A model generated the notes under the pieces. The model was not told the DNA's origin. It made no database searches and saw only the letters and a list, made by a program, of their open reading frames with translations. From an uncultured Gammaproteobacteria bacterium (GTDB lineage: Bacteria; Cyanobacteriota; Vampirovibrionia; LMEP-6097; CAYGPN01): a stretch of 64,000 nt of DNA. Location of the stretch: the NCBI GenBank assembly GCA_964352085.1, contig CAYGPN010000001.1:95823-159822 (forward strand), written 5' to 3'. This document shows, piece by piece, positions 37,576 to 47,656 of this stretch (position 1 is the first letter of the stretch; each line of letters opens with the position of its first letter). Both the position numbers and the translations under genes were made by a program.

Positions 37576-38340
37576 TTAATAAGCCAAATCAGTATTTTGA
37601 GTAATCACTATTTGAAGTTCCTGTCCTTTATAAACAGAAGCTCCATCACCTCTTGAGAAAAGAGCTATAACACTGCCAGCAAGAAGTGTTCCGACTACAG
37701 GCACGCCAGCTGTTGCAATAGAAACTGCTTTACCAGCAGTAGAGTCTAATAAATTATTAGTTGGAGCCATCGCTTTATCTCCAAAACCAGTTTGAGGATC
37801 TAATAAACCATCTTTATTAACCACACCTAGCTGGAAACTAAGATCGGCATCTAAAGGCACATAGTCGCCTTGTGGAGTCATCAGAGAGTCAAGTTTAATA
37901 CCAAGCTTACCAGCTCTACTTAAAAATCTAGGTTTCTTTAAAGTAGATACTTTACCTCTAATCCAGCTATCCTTAGGAACAATAAGTTTTTTTAAACCTG
38001 ATTTAGAACTGATAAAAAAATCATCAAGCACTCTTGCTTTAAAATTATCACCAATAGAAGCACTACTTGCAGATAGTGGAGACTCTACTTCCATGCGAAG
38101 CCTAGTTTTTATAGGAACCTGACCTATAGAAGTTTTAAGTTTGAAAGGCGCTGCTGCAAATTCAGACATGCCACTAGGATCAACAGGCTCGCTTGTAGAT
38201 TTATGCTTTTCAATATCAGATCGACTTGGCTCTCTAAGATCAAGTTGATCAAGGTTAATGCTCTCGTCATTAATGCCAATAGCCATTGAAGAGTTCAAAA
38301 GCTGCGCTGATATACATAAAACTAATAAAAATAATCTCAA
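37576..38340 (-). CDS. secreted hypothetical protein (254 aa)
   Basis: Signal peptide MRLFLLVLCISAQLLNSSMA and a Gly-rich hydrophobic C-terminal stretch. It shows only a weak, unverified resemblance to TrbI/VirB10-type beta domains. Confidence 0.7.
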   Translation of the reverse strand: MRLFLLVLCISAQLLNSSMAIGINDESINLDQLDLREPSRSDIEKHKSTSEPVDPSGMSEFAAAPFKLKTSIGQVPIKTRLRMEVESPLSASSASIGDNFKARVLDDFFISSKSGLKKLIVPKDSWIRGKVSTLKKPRFLSRAGKLGIKLDSLMTPQGDYVPLDADLSFQLGVVNKDGLLDPQTGFGDKAMAPTNNLLDSTAGKAVSIATAGVPVVGTLLAGSVIALFSRGDGASVYKGQELQIVITQNTDLAY

Positions 38341-38580
38341 TTTTCCGTCCTTTCTGCCGATTAACTCTATAATAACACCGCTTTACGTGGAGTTATTGAG
38401 TACTTCTATATAAAGAAGTAAAAAAGAGGCAAATAGTTTCTTTGTATTTGCAACTAAAACAATAGTAATACACAAAGAAAGCCGAAAAGCTAGTATCAAT
38501 AAGGAAATTTAATCTAGGAATCAGTCAGAACACCTAGAAGATTTACATATCCAAAATGATACTATAGATGCACAAAAGAA

Positions 38581-39261
38581 ATGGGTGGTAAAGAGAAAAA
38601 CAGAAGATTTAAAAGTTTAGCTAAAAAGCTAGCTATCACTCTTGCGCTATTTTTAAACATTTTACTAAATATAAATTCAGTAAAAGCAGAAGTGATTGCA
38701 ACTCAGAACTTGATTAAAGAAAGCACTATAGACCTTATAGGAGCTGCAGAAGAACCTTTAATTATGGACTCTCAAAGCAAATATATTTTAAAAATAGCAA
38801 ACATAGACCCTAATGCAAGTCATATAAAAATTAAAGTAAACAAGAAAGCAAAAAAGAAATCCAACTTAAAACTAATAAGCAAAAGAGCTATAGAAGTTCA
38901 AACTGACGCACAAGGTAATAGATTTGCTTTAATAAAAATTAAAACTAAAAACAAATCAAGTGTACACAATCTAAAAATGAAAATGTACCAAAAAGATCAA
39001 GAATTATTTAGAACAGTAAGATACGAAGATTTGAAACTGAATGTAAGTGGTTTTGAAGCTTGCCCAAGAAGATCAAAGCCTGTTTGCGGTACTAGAACAG
39101 TATCAGAATACTGTCCTGATCCTAATAGTGGAATTTGCTTTCAAACATTTGCAACAGAGCATAAGACTTTTGATAACTTTTGCAAGCTAGAAGAAGCTGG
39201 TTTTGATTTAGAAAGTACTAAGGCTTGCATCCAAGAGGGTGTATTTTTAGAAAACTATTAA
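38581..39261 (+). CDS. secreted hypothetical protein with 6-Cys C-terminal module (226 aa)
   Basis: N-terminal hydrophobic signal/anchor LAITLALFLNILLNINSVKA, with six cysteines in the last 70 aa. Confidence 0.7.
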   Translation: MGGKEKNRRFKSLAKKLAITLALFLNILLNINSVKAEVIATQNLIKESTIDLIGAAEEPLIMDSQSKYILKIANIDPNASHIKIKVNKKAKKKSNLKLISKRAIEVQTDAQGNRFALIKIKTKNKSSVHNLKMKMYQKDQELFRTVRYEDLKLNVSGFEACPRRSKPVCGTRTVSEYCPDPNSGICFQTFATEHKTFDNFCKLEEAGFDLESTKACIQEGVFLENY

Positions 39262-39281
39262 AAGTTATTGAGAGCATAGCT

Positions 39282-39513
39282 GTCATTGCGAGGAGCAAAG
39301 CGACGAAGCAATCCATACGTCATTGCCAGAAGCGAAGCGACGAAGCAATCCATACGTCATTGTCAGAAGCAAAGCGACGAAGCAATCCATACGTCATTGC
39401 CAGAAGCAAAGCGAAGCAATCCATACGTCATTGCGAGCAGGAGGGGCTTACACAAACTACCATACGTGAGATAAGTTAGATCCCCGAACGCACCGAAGGT
39501 GCTCGAAGCAATC
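39282..39513. repeat. 4 tandem 34-37-bp hairpin-repeat units plus about 87-bp structured element
   Basis: Units GTCATTG(C/T)(G/C)AG(G/A)AGC(A/G)AAGCGACGAAGCAATCCATAC at 39282, 39319, 39356 and 39393, then 39427..39513. Track ORFs 39225..39479 and 39286..39474 are repeat artefacts. Confidence 0.85.
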
Positions 39514-39803
39514 TAAATATAAATTTGAGCGTATAAGTCATGCCAATTAGGATTTAATTTTTCTATTAAGCTAATTTTTCTTGCTCTAGAACCAGCTTTA
39601 ATTTGCTTCTCTCTTGCTATGGCTGCATCCATAGATTCAGCTAATTCATAATAAACTAATAATTTATAAGCATACTTAGAGCTAAAACCTTTCATGATTT
39701 CATTTTTGTGTTCATAAACTCTTTTTATTAAGTTAGAACTAACTCCAGTATAAAGTGTTCCGTTTCTTTTATTAGCCATAATATAAACAGTTGGGATTTT
39801 CAT
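39513..39803 (-). CDS. GIY-YIG nuclease superfamily protein (small, COG2827-like)
   Basis: VYIMANKRNGTLYTGVSSNLIKRVYEHK (GIY...YTG motif), YYE, and REKQIK(x)W-type conserved Arg/Glu. 96 aa. Confidence 0.8.
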   Translation of the reverse strand: MKIPTVYIMANKRNGTLYTGVSSNLIKRVYEHKNEIMKGFSSKYAYKLLVYYELAESMDAAIAREKQIKAGSRARKISLIEKLNPNWHDLYAQIYI

Positions 39804-39851
39804 AATATTATTCTATTTAAAATAATTATTAATCAGGGATATCACTATCTT

Positions 39852-39917
39852 GGATTGCTTCGCCCTTCGGGCTCGCAATGACATCTACGCTCGCAATGAC
39901 ATCTATGCTCGCAATGA
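39852..39917. repeat. hairpin repeat (GGATTGCTTCGCCCTTCGGGCTCGCAATGAC) followed by 18-bp GCTCGCAATGACATCTAY tandem units
   Basis: Direct reading. The last unit encodes the C-terminal ...ESLRA and the stop of gpmI on the minus strand. Confidence 0.85.
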
Positions 39918-41531
39918 TTCAGCCATAGCTTTAGGCTTATCAAGTTCAAGAAATTCTAAAATAGTTGGAGCTATATTAGCTAAAGCAAGATCCTCAGACT
40001 GTTTTAAAGAAATATCATCTTTAGAGTTATAAATTACAAAAGGTACTTTATTAGTACTATGCGCCGTACGAATATCACCATTATCCTCAGTTACCTGATC
40101 AGCATTACCGTGATCAGCAGTGACCATAAGTACATAGTCATTAGCCTTAGCTGCATCACAAACTTTAGCTAAAGACTTATCCACAGCTTCTATAGCACTG
40201 ACTATCGCACCCCACTTGCCTGTGTGCCCAACCATATCAGGATTAGCAAAATTACAAACAATCAGCTCATAAGTATTTTTATTAATAGCATCTAGTAAAG
40301 TCTCAGTCAATTCAGGCAAAGACATTTCAGGCTGCAAATCATAAGTAGCTACTTTAGGACTTTTCACTAAGCCTCTTGTTTCGCCTACAAAACTATCTTT
40401 TTTTCTAACATTAAAAAAACTAGTAACGTGATTAAACTTTTCAGTTTCAGCAGTTCTAAATTGTTTAAAGCCTGCACTAGAAACCACTTCACCTAAGCTC
40501 AGAGAAAGGTCTTGCACAGGAAAATCCTCATCTCGAAAAGCAATTGGCAGTTCTAAAGCATTTGAATATTCAGTAAAACAAAGATAATAAAGATTTTCAA
40601 GTTCTAAGTGCCCGTGATCTTTACAAATACTCTCACTAAAACCTTCAAAAAGTGACATTGAAGCAAGCTCGTCTTTTCTAGTCTTATCAGCTGAAGAGAA
40701 ATATTCAAAGAGCATTGAAATTTGCCTAGCTCTATCTGGTCTAAAGTTAAAAAATATCACAGCATCTTTATCATCAATCAAACCTTCTTTATTAATCAAA
40801 GTAGGCATAATAAACTCATCAGAGTCACCCGCAGGGTTTTTGCCAGATTTTGCGAACTCATAGCCATGCTTAATAGCATCAACTGCAGTTTTTTCATGCA
40901 AACAATTAGACTTAGAATTTAATTTCTTTAAAACACAGTCAAAATACTTTTTATTTCTATCCCAGTTCTTATCACGGTCCATTGCCCAGTAGCGTCCTGA
41001 AACTGTTGCGATATTAACTTTCTTCTGAAGGCTTTCTAGCAAGTGAGCTGCAACATAAGGCGGATCATCGCGTCCATCCGAGATAGCGTGAAGATAAAGA
41101 TTATCAGTGTCCAGACCTTCTTTTTCTGCCATCTCAACAAGAGCATTAAGATGACCAATATGAGAGTGGACATCACCTTCAGAAATCAAACCCATCAAAT
41201 GAAGCTTAGAACCATGATATTTAACGTGCTCAAAAGCGTTTTTAAGTTTTTTATTTCTAAAGAACTCACCATTTTTGACCATATCAGAAATCATAGTTAG
41301 TTTTTGTTTAACTACTCTACCAGCACCAATATTTTCATGACCAACTTCAGAATTACCCATAATGCCATCAGGCAGTCCTACCTGAGTGCCACTAGCGTGC
41401 AAAAGCGCACGCGGACATTCAGCCCAAAGTTTATCAAAACGAGGCGTAAGTGCAGCCTTAATAGCATTGCCCTCTGTTTTATCAGAGTGCCCCCAACCAT
41501 CAAGAATTAGCAATATTGACTTTTGCATCAA
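39903..41531 (-). CDS. gpmI: 2,3-bisphosphoglycerate-independent phosphoglycerate mutase
   Basis: LILDGWG, MGNSEVGHENIGAGR, TADHGNA. Confidence 0.9.
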   Translation of the reverse strand: MMQKSILLILDGWGHSDKTEGNAIKAALTPRFDKLWAECPRALLHASGTQVGLPDGIMGNSEVGHENIGAGRVVKQKLTMISDMVKNGEFFRNKKLKNAFEHVKYHGSKLHLMGLISEGDVHSHIGHLNALVEMAEKEGLDTDNLYLHAISDGRDDPPYVAAHLLESLQKKVNIATVSGRYWAMDRDKNWDRNKKYFDCVLKKLNSKSNCLHEKTAVDAIKHGYEFAKSGKNPAGDSDEFIMPTLINKEGLIDDKDAVIFFNFRPDRARQISMLFEYFSSADKTRKDELASMSLFEGFSESICKDHGHLELENLYYLCFTEYSNALELPIAFRDEDFPVQDLSLSLGEVVSSAGFKQFRTAETEKFNHVTSFFNVRKKDSFVGETRGLVKSPKVATYDLQPEMSLPELTETLLDAINKNTYELIVCNFANPDMVGHTGKWGAIVSAIEAVDKSLAKVCDAAKANDYVLMVTADHGNADQVTEDNGDIRTAHSTNKVPFVIYNSKDDISLKQSEDLALANIAPTILEFLELDKPKAMAESLRA

Positions 41532-41554
41532 TTAAAAGAATAGCATTAATAAAT

Positions 41555-41576
41555 GGATTGCTTCGCTCGCAATGAC
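41555..41576. repeat. minimal hairpin repeat copy
   Basis: GGATTGCTTCGCTCGCAATGAC, between the gpmI start and the PBP gene stop. Confidence 0.7.
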
Positions 41577-41580
41577 AGCA

Positions 41581-43371
41581 TTAAAGCTTAACTATCTTAT
41601 TTTCAAAGTATTTTTCGAATATTTTACGAGCAACAGGCGCGCAAACACTACCGCCATGCCCAGCACCCTCACCAAATACAGCAACAGCAATCTCAGGCAT
41701 TGGTTTTATCCTATCTTCGTCCTCATCGAAATTAGCAGCCTTACCATTAATTTTTAAGTCTTTATAAACAGGACCATAAGCAACAAACCAACCATGCGTA
41801 GATCTTTTATAACCATGGACTTCTGCAGAACCTGTTTTTCCAGCAAGAATAATATCTTTTAATTTAGAAGCCTGCCCAGTACCTCTATCAATACAAAGCT
41901 CCAAACCTTCTTTAACTACATTTAAACTTTTATCAGAGATTTTAATAGTACGCTCTGGTTTTTCCTTTTTTTTATCTTGGACTAAATGTAACTGCGGCAT
42001 AACACCATTCATAGCAATTGTAGAAATCATTCTAAGAGCTTGAAGTGGCGTAACCATCAAGAAACTTTGACCAATTGAAAAATGCAAAGTATTGCCTGGA
42101 TACCATTTTTCTTTTAAACGTTTCTGCTTCCATTCAGGACTAGGAAGTATTCCATCACTCTCGCCAAGAAGCTCAACTCCTGTTGGTGATCCAATACCAA
42201 ATTTTTCAGCTACTTCACTTAGCCATTCAGGCTTTAACCTACGTCCTATTTGATAGAAGTAAGTATTTCTAGACCACGATAAAGCAGTTGGAAGATTCAT
42301 TTGAGCAACTTCACCAGTCCAGTCACCAAAATTAAAACCACCAATACTAATATTTCCAGAAACTTTCAAGACTTCATCACGCGCAGCAACACCATGCTCA
42401 AGAGCTGTCAAAGCAGTAATGGGTTTAAAAATACTACCCGGCGTGTATGAAGACAAAGCCCTATTTAAGAAAGCTTTAGAAGCTGTAAGCTCCCTGTAAA
42501 CATTAGATGAAATAGGTTTTGTAAAAATATTCGGGTCAAAACCTGGATTACTAACTAAAGCGAGTATCTCACCATTTTGAGGATTAGCAACCACAACAGC
42601 ACCAGGCATCTTGCCCATAGCTTTTTCAGCAATTTTTTGCAGCTCAATATCTATAGTTAAGTTTAAATCGTGACCGCGAACAGCCTTTCTAAAAGTCTTA
42701 CTTGGGATATGAGAAGATACTAAAGTCCTTCCGTATCTATCTACTGGAACTCTTTCTTCTCCATTTACACCACGAAACTGATCATCAAAAACTCTTTCTA
42801 ATCCTTCCTTACCAACAATATCTCCAAGACTAAGATTTATGTCTCTTCTTTTTTTAAGTTCATTAGGACCTACCTGACCGACATAGCCTAAAAAATGTGA
42901 ACCAATATTACCGTAAGGGTAAAAACGAATAGCTTGCCTCTCAACAGCTATACCAGGAAGTTTTTGATAATTTTCAAAAATTCGAATCGCCTGTTCAACT
43001 TTAATATCATTATCTATAGTTAAAGGTAATGGAATTGAAGGTTGCATTTTCATAAAGATATCCATGAGCTCATTACTGGGTTTATCTAAAATTTTTGATA
43101 AGGAAACAGCCACCTGTCTTTTTTTCTTAGTTTCTCTAAGCATAGAAGGGTAGACTATTACACTAAGTGATTGTTTATTTGTAGCTAAGATATTTCCATT
43201 TCTGTCATAAATAACACCACGGGGCGCTCTGGTTACTAAAACACGCGTTGAATTATTTTTTGCAAGCTCACTATACTTGCGGTGTTCGATAACCTGAAGC
43301 TGAAGCAATCTTAAGCCCAAAATAGAGAAAAGAATAATAGTAAATGTTGAAAATATTATTGGCTTTTTCAT
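41581..43371 (-). CDS. mrdA: class B penicillin-binding protein (PBP2-like transpeptidase)
   Basis: N-terminal TM anchor, RGVIYDRNGNILATN, SxxK as GSIFKP, and KTGSAE. Confidence 0.8.
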   Translation of the reverse strand: MKKPIIFSTFTIILFSILGLRLLQLQVIEHRKYSELAKNNSTRVLVTRAPRGVIYDRNGNILATNKQSLSVIVYPSMLRETKKKRQVAVSLSKILDKPSNELMDIFMKMQPSIPLPLTIDNDIKVEQAIRIFENYQKLPGIAVERQAIRFYPYGNIGSHFLGYVGQVGPNELKKRRDINLSLGDIVGKEGLERVFDDQFRGVNGEERVPVDRYGRTLVSSHIPSKTFRKAVRGHDLNLTIDIELQKIAEKAMGKMPGAVVVANPQNGEILALVSNPGFDPNIFTKPISSNVYRELTASKAFLNRALSSYTPGSIFKPITALTALEHGVAARDEVLKVSGNISIGGFNFGDWTGEVAQMNLPTALSWSRNTYFYQIGRRLKPEWLSEVAEKFGIGSPTGVELLGESDGILPSPEWKQKRLKEKWYPGNTLHFSIGQSFLMVTPLQALRMISTIAMNGVMPQLHLVQDKKKEKPERTIKISDKSLNVVKEGLELCIDRGTGQASKLKDIILAGKTGSAEVHGYKRSTHGWFVAYGPVYKDLKINGKAANFDEDEDRIKPMPEIAVAVFGEGAGHGGSVCAPVARKIFEKYFENKIVKL

Positions 43372-43426
43372 AGATTTAGCTAATAAAACAGTACAAAATA
43401 AAGACTACCACTATAATGATCTTAGA

Positions 43427-44140
43427 ATGATTCAGATAAAAAATTTATGTAAATCATTTGGGACTAACGAAGTCCTCAAAAATATAAGCTTGGAAGTTTC
43501 TAAAGAAGAAGTCCTGGCTTTGATTGGTTTTTCTGGCTGTGGCAAAAGTACCGTATTAAAAATAATAGCTGGCTTAACTAAAGCAAATTCAGGTGAAATT
43601 AAACTTGGCGAAGGTGAATTAGGTATGACATTTCAATATTCTGCCTTATTTGATTCGATGACAGTAAGAGAGAACCTACTTTTTGCACTTAAAAATGAAG
43701 AGGCTAATCTTAGTAAAGAAGAAAAAAATAAACTAATAAGCCAAAAGTTAAGCTTACTTGGGCTTGCTGGAAAAGAAGAAAACTATCCATCGGAGTTATC
43801 TGGAGGGATGAAAAAAAGAGTAAGTTTTGCTAGAGCAATTATAAAAGATCCAGATATTATTTTATTTGATGAACCTACTGCTGGTCTGGATCCTGTAGCT
43901 AGTACTATTGTTGAAGATTTAATTGTAAAAGCACAAAATGAAACTAAGGCATCAAGCATTGTTGTCACTCATCAAAAAAGTACAATTCTAAGAACTGCAA
44001 CTAAAGTAGCTATGCTTTATGACACAAAGATCGTATGGGAAGGAAGCCCACAAGAACTCTTTGATGAAAATAATTCAAATAAATACGCAAAACAATTTAG
44101 AGAAGGGCGAGTAGAAGGTCCTATGGAAGTAAATGTTTAA
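43427..44140 (+). CDS. ABC transporter ATP-binding protein (MlaF-like)
   Basis: Walker A GFSGCGKST, signature LSGGMKKRVSFARA, and Walker B IILFDEPTAGLDP. Confidence 0.7.
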   Translation: MIQIKNLCKSFGTNEVLKNISLEVSKEEVLALIGFSGCGKSTVLKIIAGLTKANSGEIKLGEGELGMTFQYSALFDSMTVRENLLFALKNEEANLSKEEKNKLISQKLSLLGLAGKEENYPSELSGGMKKRVSFARAIIKDPDIILFDEPTAGLDPVASTIVEDLIVKAQNETKASSIVVTHQKSTILRTATKVAMLYDTKIVWEGSPQELFDENNSNKYAKQFREGRVEGPMEVNV

Positions 44141-44141
44141 A

Positions 44142-45899
44142 TTAGTCATCCATGACTTTTCCAGCAAAAGTATTCATTGCCATTTTTACAGTCTCATCTA
44201 ATTTATGACTACCAGAATTTTTAAAAGAACCTTCTTGAGGATTTCTTTCAGGTTCAACAGAAGCATCAAAATTTTCAGTGACTGCATCTAGCTTCGGGCT
44301 TAGGCTTTCAACTACTTTAGCAACTGGCTCTGGAGCTTTAGCTTCAAATTTCGGAGGCTCTGGGGCTTTAACTTTAGGCTTATCAGCATAAGGACTAGAC
44401 TCAGTTTCTTTTTCAACTTCAACAATATTAAGTTCACTAATATTATCTCCGTGAGCTTTTTTAATCGCTGAAAGAATTTCTTCAGACTTAGTTTCAAGTT
44501 TAGATTTTAAAAATTTAAATCTTGCAGGGATTTCGATAAGAGCAGCATTGCCTTCAAGCTTAGCCAAGTTTGCTTTACTACTTAGATAAATGCCTTTACA
44601 AGCTGGAGAGAGGTATTCTAGAAAGCCAGCATCAGCATTAGTATCAAGAGCTGGAGCAGCAGGACTTTGAGGACTAGCGTCAGCTGTCACTTCCTTAACT
44701 TGACTTTCTTTAACAGGTGCCTGGCTTGGAGAAGTAAATTTAGGTCTGGCTTCAGGGCTTGGTCTTGCTGGAGCACTTTGAGCAGGTCTCTGGCTAGGCG
44801 CGCCGCTTTCTAAAATCTCTAATCGTTTTAAAAGATCTTTAGTAATAGCAATATCTTCACGGTAAGCAAGTTTTAATAAAGCTGCTTTCACTAATGATTT
44901 AGATTGAGAACTTTGCTTAAGTCTAAGTTCAAGCTCAGACAAAATATCAATCATCTGAACAAGCTCGGAATTTTCAAAATGATGCTCGCCTTTTTCTAAA
45001 AGTTCAAGCATAAAATTACTAAGTTCTTTAGTTACTTGATTAGCTTCTTTACCTTTTCCAAAAACTTTATCTAAAGTGCTGATCAATAAAGCAGCATCTT
45101 TTTTTGCAATTCCACCCACAAAAGCATTCAAATCTTCAGTGCTAAGCCCACCAACAAGCTCTAAAACCTTATCAAGCGTAATTAGATCTTTAAAAACACT
45201 AAGTTGATCCAAAAGACTAAGCGCATCTCGCATACCACCATCTGAGCGTTTTGCAATAAGCTCTAGAGCTGGATCTTCAATTTTAATTTCTTCTTTATCA
45301 GCTACATATTTAAGGCGTTTTACTTGGTCAGCTAAAGAAATTGGTCTAAAACTAAACTTTTGACAACGACTTACTATCGTAGGCAAAACTTTATCTTCTT
45401 CAGTAGTTGCTAGTATAAAAACAACTTTCTCTGGCGGCTCTTCAAAGACTTTCAATAATGCATTGAAAGCAGCGTTAGAAAGCATATGAACCTCATCTAT
45501 AATGTAGATTTTAAAATTACCAGCAACACTAGCCAAATTTACTTTGTCAATTAAAGATCTAGCATCCTCAACATTACCGTGACTAGCTGCATCAATCTCA
45601 ACTACATCAAGACTAGTAGAATTTATAATCCCAACACAGCTTGAACATTTACCACAAGGGTCAATGGTAGGCTCGTGATTAGATTCAGACTCCCCAAGAC
45701 AGTTCAAACTTTTAGCAAAAATTCTAGCGCTACTAGTTTTACCAGTACCTCTTGGTCCAGTAAAAAGATAAGCATTTACTAGCTTATTATTATTAATTGC
45801 ATTTTTAAGAGTCTCTTTAATTGACTCTTGCCCAACCAACTCATCTAAGGATTGCGGGCGGTATTTAAGAAATAATGGTTCGTAGCTAGTTAAAGACAT
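44142..45899 (-). CDS. dnaX: DNA polymerase III subunit gamma/tau
   Basis: GPRGTGKTSSARIFAKSLNC, Zn-module CGKCSSC, IIDEVHMLS, SRCQKF. Confidence 0.9.
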   Translation of the reverse strand: MSLTSYEPLFLKYRPQSLDELVGQESIKETLKNAINNNKLVNAYLFTGPRGTGKTSSARIFAKSLNCLGESESNHEPTIDPCGKCSSCVGIINSTSLDVVEIDAASHGNVEDARSLIDKVNLASVAGNFKIYIIDEVHMLSNAAFNALLKVFEEPPEKVVFILATTEEDKVLPTIVSRCQKFSFRPISLADQVKRLKYVADKEEIKIEDPALELIAKRSDGGMRDALSLLDQLSVFKDLITLDKVLELVGGLSTEDLNAFVGGIAKKDAALLISTLDKVFGKGKEANQVTKELSNFMLELLEKGEHHFENSELVQMIDILSELELRLKQSSQSKSLVKAALLKLAYREDIAITKDLLKRLEILESGAPSQRPAQSAPARPSPEARPKFTSPSQAPVKESQVKEVTADASPQSPAAPALDTNADAGFLEYLSPACKGIYLSSKANLAKLEGNAALIEIPARFKFLKSKLETKSEEILSAIKKAHGDNISELNIVEVEKETESSPYADKPKVKAPEPPKFEAKAPEPVAKVVESLSPKLDAVTENFDASVEPERNPQEGSFKNSGSHKLDETVKMAMNTFAGKVMDD

Positions 45900-45933
45900 C
45901 TAGATAATAAGTGTAGCTTATAGGCTTGAATTC

Positions 45934-46743
45934 TTACAAGCCAACATCATAAATATAACCATCATCACGCTTTGTATCCAGCAAAGCATCTTGAATATCA
46001 AGTCGATAGCTATTAATCAGGTTAGAAGACAAATCTCGAGGACGGTTAACATCTATTTTTATATCAGCTTTTATTACAGCATTATTAGTTTCAGAATTTC
46101 TACCCATTACTAAAATACGGTCAGAAAGTAAAAGTGCTTCATCTACACTATGAGTTACAAAAATCACGCTTTGCTTATAATTACCAGAATTAATCTCAGA
46201 CCAGATTCTAATTAACTCTTTGCGCATAGAATTTCTAGTTTGAGCATCAAGTGCAGCAAAAGGCTCATCCATCAAAAGCAAGTCCGGTTTAACAACTAGA
46301 GCGCGAGCTAAAGCTACTCTTTGTTTCATGCCACCAGAAAGTCCATTAACATTTTGACGAGCATGTTTAAGCAAACCTACCATTTTTAAATAACGCGCTG
46401 CTTGAAGATTTCTTTCTTGTTTATCTTTAACAGTATTTTCTAAACCAAAAGCTACATTATCAATAACATTTAGCCAAGGGAAAAGTGCATACTCTTGAAA
46501 AACCAAAGTACGGTTAATGTCAGGTCTAAGAACTTTCTTTTCTCTAACTAAGATCTCTCCTTTTTCGGGCTTCACAAAACCAGCAATCATACCCAAGAGA
46601 GTACTTTTCCCGCAGCCACTAGGTCCAAGAAAACAGGTAAACTCGCCATCTTTTATATCAAGATTAAAATCCTCAAAAATCTTATCTCTAGAAGATTTAG
46701 CAGCTGAAAAAGATAAGGATATGTTTTTTACTTCTACAGCCAT
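45934..46743 (-). CDS. ABC transporter ATP-binding protein (NitT/TauT nitrate/sulfonate/taurine family)
   Basis: GPSGCGKSTLL, LSGGMKQRVALARAL, LLMDEPFAALD. Confidence 0.8.
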   Translation of the reverse strand: MAVEVKNISLSFSAAKSSRDKIFEDFNLDIKDGEFTCFLGPSGCGKSTLLGMIAGFVKPEKGEILVREKKVLRPDINRTLVFQEYALFPWLNVIDNVAFGLENTVKDKQERNLQAARYLKMVGLLKHARQNVNGLSGGMKQRVALARALVVKPDLLLMDEPFAALDAQTRNSMRKELIRIWSEINSGNYKQSVIFVTHSVDEALLLSDRILVMGRNSETNNAVIKADIKIDVNRPRDLSSNLINSYRLDIQDALLDTKRDDGYIYDVGL

Positions 46744-47567
46744 TAGCTTTCAAAACCCCAAATTCTGTGTACTGATTTTTCGACCTGCCTAAAAAAAACA
46801 TTGTCAGTAATATATCCAAGAATTGCAATTATAAGAATCATAGACAGAACTTGAGACATATCAGCAAGACTTCTACCAAGCTCAAGAGTCTGTCCTATTC
46901 CAGCGCCAGTTACAAAAAGCTCACCAGCAATCAGCGCTCGCCATGCAAAAGCCCAACTTAATCTAAGACTAGTAACTAACTGAGGAACGATAGCTGGCAA
47001 GATAACTCTTATATAAAGGTCCAAATATTTAGCACCTAAAGTTTGCGCTGCTCTAATTGTTACCTGAGGAATCGTTTTTACAGCAGTCTTAACACCTAAT
47101 GCTGTTGGTATAAAAGCTTCAAGGATAACTATAAATAAAACAGCAGCCTCAGAAATTCCAAACCAGAGCAAAGCCAAAGGCACCCAAGCGACACTAGGAA
47201 TTGCTTGAAGAGCCGTTAAAGTCGCGCCTATTGTATTATCCAGAAAACTATATCTAGCTATAGCAATTCCAGAAAAAAGACCAAATGAAACCGCAAGCAA
47301 ATAACCAAAGATCACTCTTTTAAGTGATTGCAGTATTGCTTCCATGTAACTAGCCTCATTAAAACCAAAAATCAAAGTATCTAAAACATCTTGAGGACTA
47401 GGTAACAAGTAACTAGGATAAATTTTTAAACTAGCTACTAACTGCCAAATTGAAATTAAAAGAACTAAAAAAACAATACGGTGCAAAAAGACATTAGACA
47501 ATAAAGCAAATTTTGAATCTGCTGTCACTTGACCTGCCGTTCTTCGGTTTTTCAATACCTTAAGCAC
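46743..47567 (-). CDS. ABC transporter permease (NitT/TauT family)
   Basis: Polytopic membrane protein that overlaps the ATPase gene by 1 nt. No binding-protein gene is adjacent. Confidence 0.75.
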   Translation of the reverse strand: MLKVLKNRRTAGQVTADSKFALLSNVFLHRIVFLVLLISIWQLVASLKIYPSYLLPSPQDVLDTLIFGFNEASYMEAILQSLKRVIFGYLLAVSFGLFSGIAIARYSFLDNTIGATLTALQAIPSVAWVPLALLWFGISEAAVLFIVILEAFIPTALGVKTAVKTIPQVTIRAAQTLGAKYLDLYIRVILPAIVPQLVTSLRLSWAFAWRALIAGELFVTGAGIGQTLELGRSLADMSQVLSMILIIAILGYITDNVFFRQVEKSVHRIWGFES

Positions 47568-47656
47568 TTCGATGATTTTAACACCTTCAATAATTAACCA
47601 GATCTTAACGCTATCTTGATAAGTTAAGCTATCAGAGCAATTTCACGGGAGAGAAA

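Noticed and set aside
39060-39261. Kazal-like protease-inhibitor domain in the 226-aa secreted protein (PVCGT ... KTFDNFC)
   Set aside because: Six cysteines are present, but their spacing (about C-x7-C-x9-C-x7-C-x15-C-x15-C) does not fit the Kazal pattern, which would also need a 20-residue insertion. It is kept only as a 6-Cys module.
39282-39426. Four tandem 34-37-bp repeats that might be mistaken for a CRISPR array
   Set aside because: The units are directly adjacent with no unique spacers, they belong to the dispersed hairpin family, and no cas genes are present.
45098-45106. A AAA AAA G slippery-like heptamer in dnaX (plus-strand CTTTTTTTG), a possible gamma/tau frameshift site
   Set aside because: It lies at about codon 265 of 585, well before the position where gamma normally ends. 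I saw no convincing downstream stem-loop, and A-runs are expected in AT-rich DNA.
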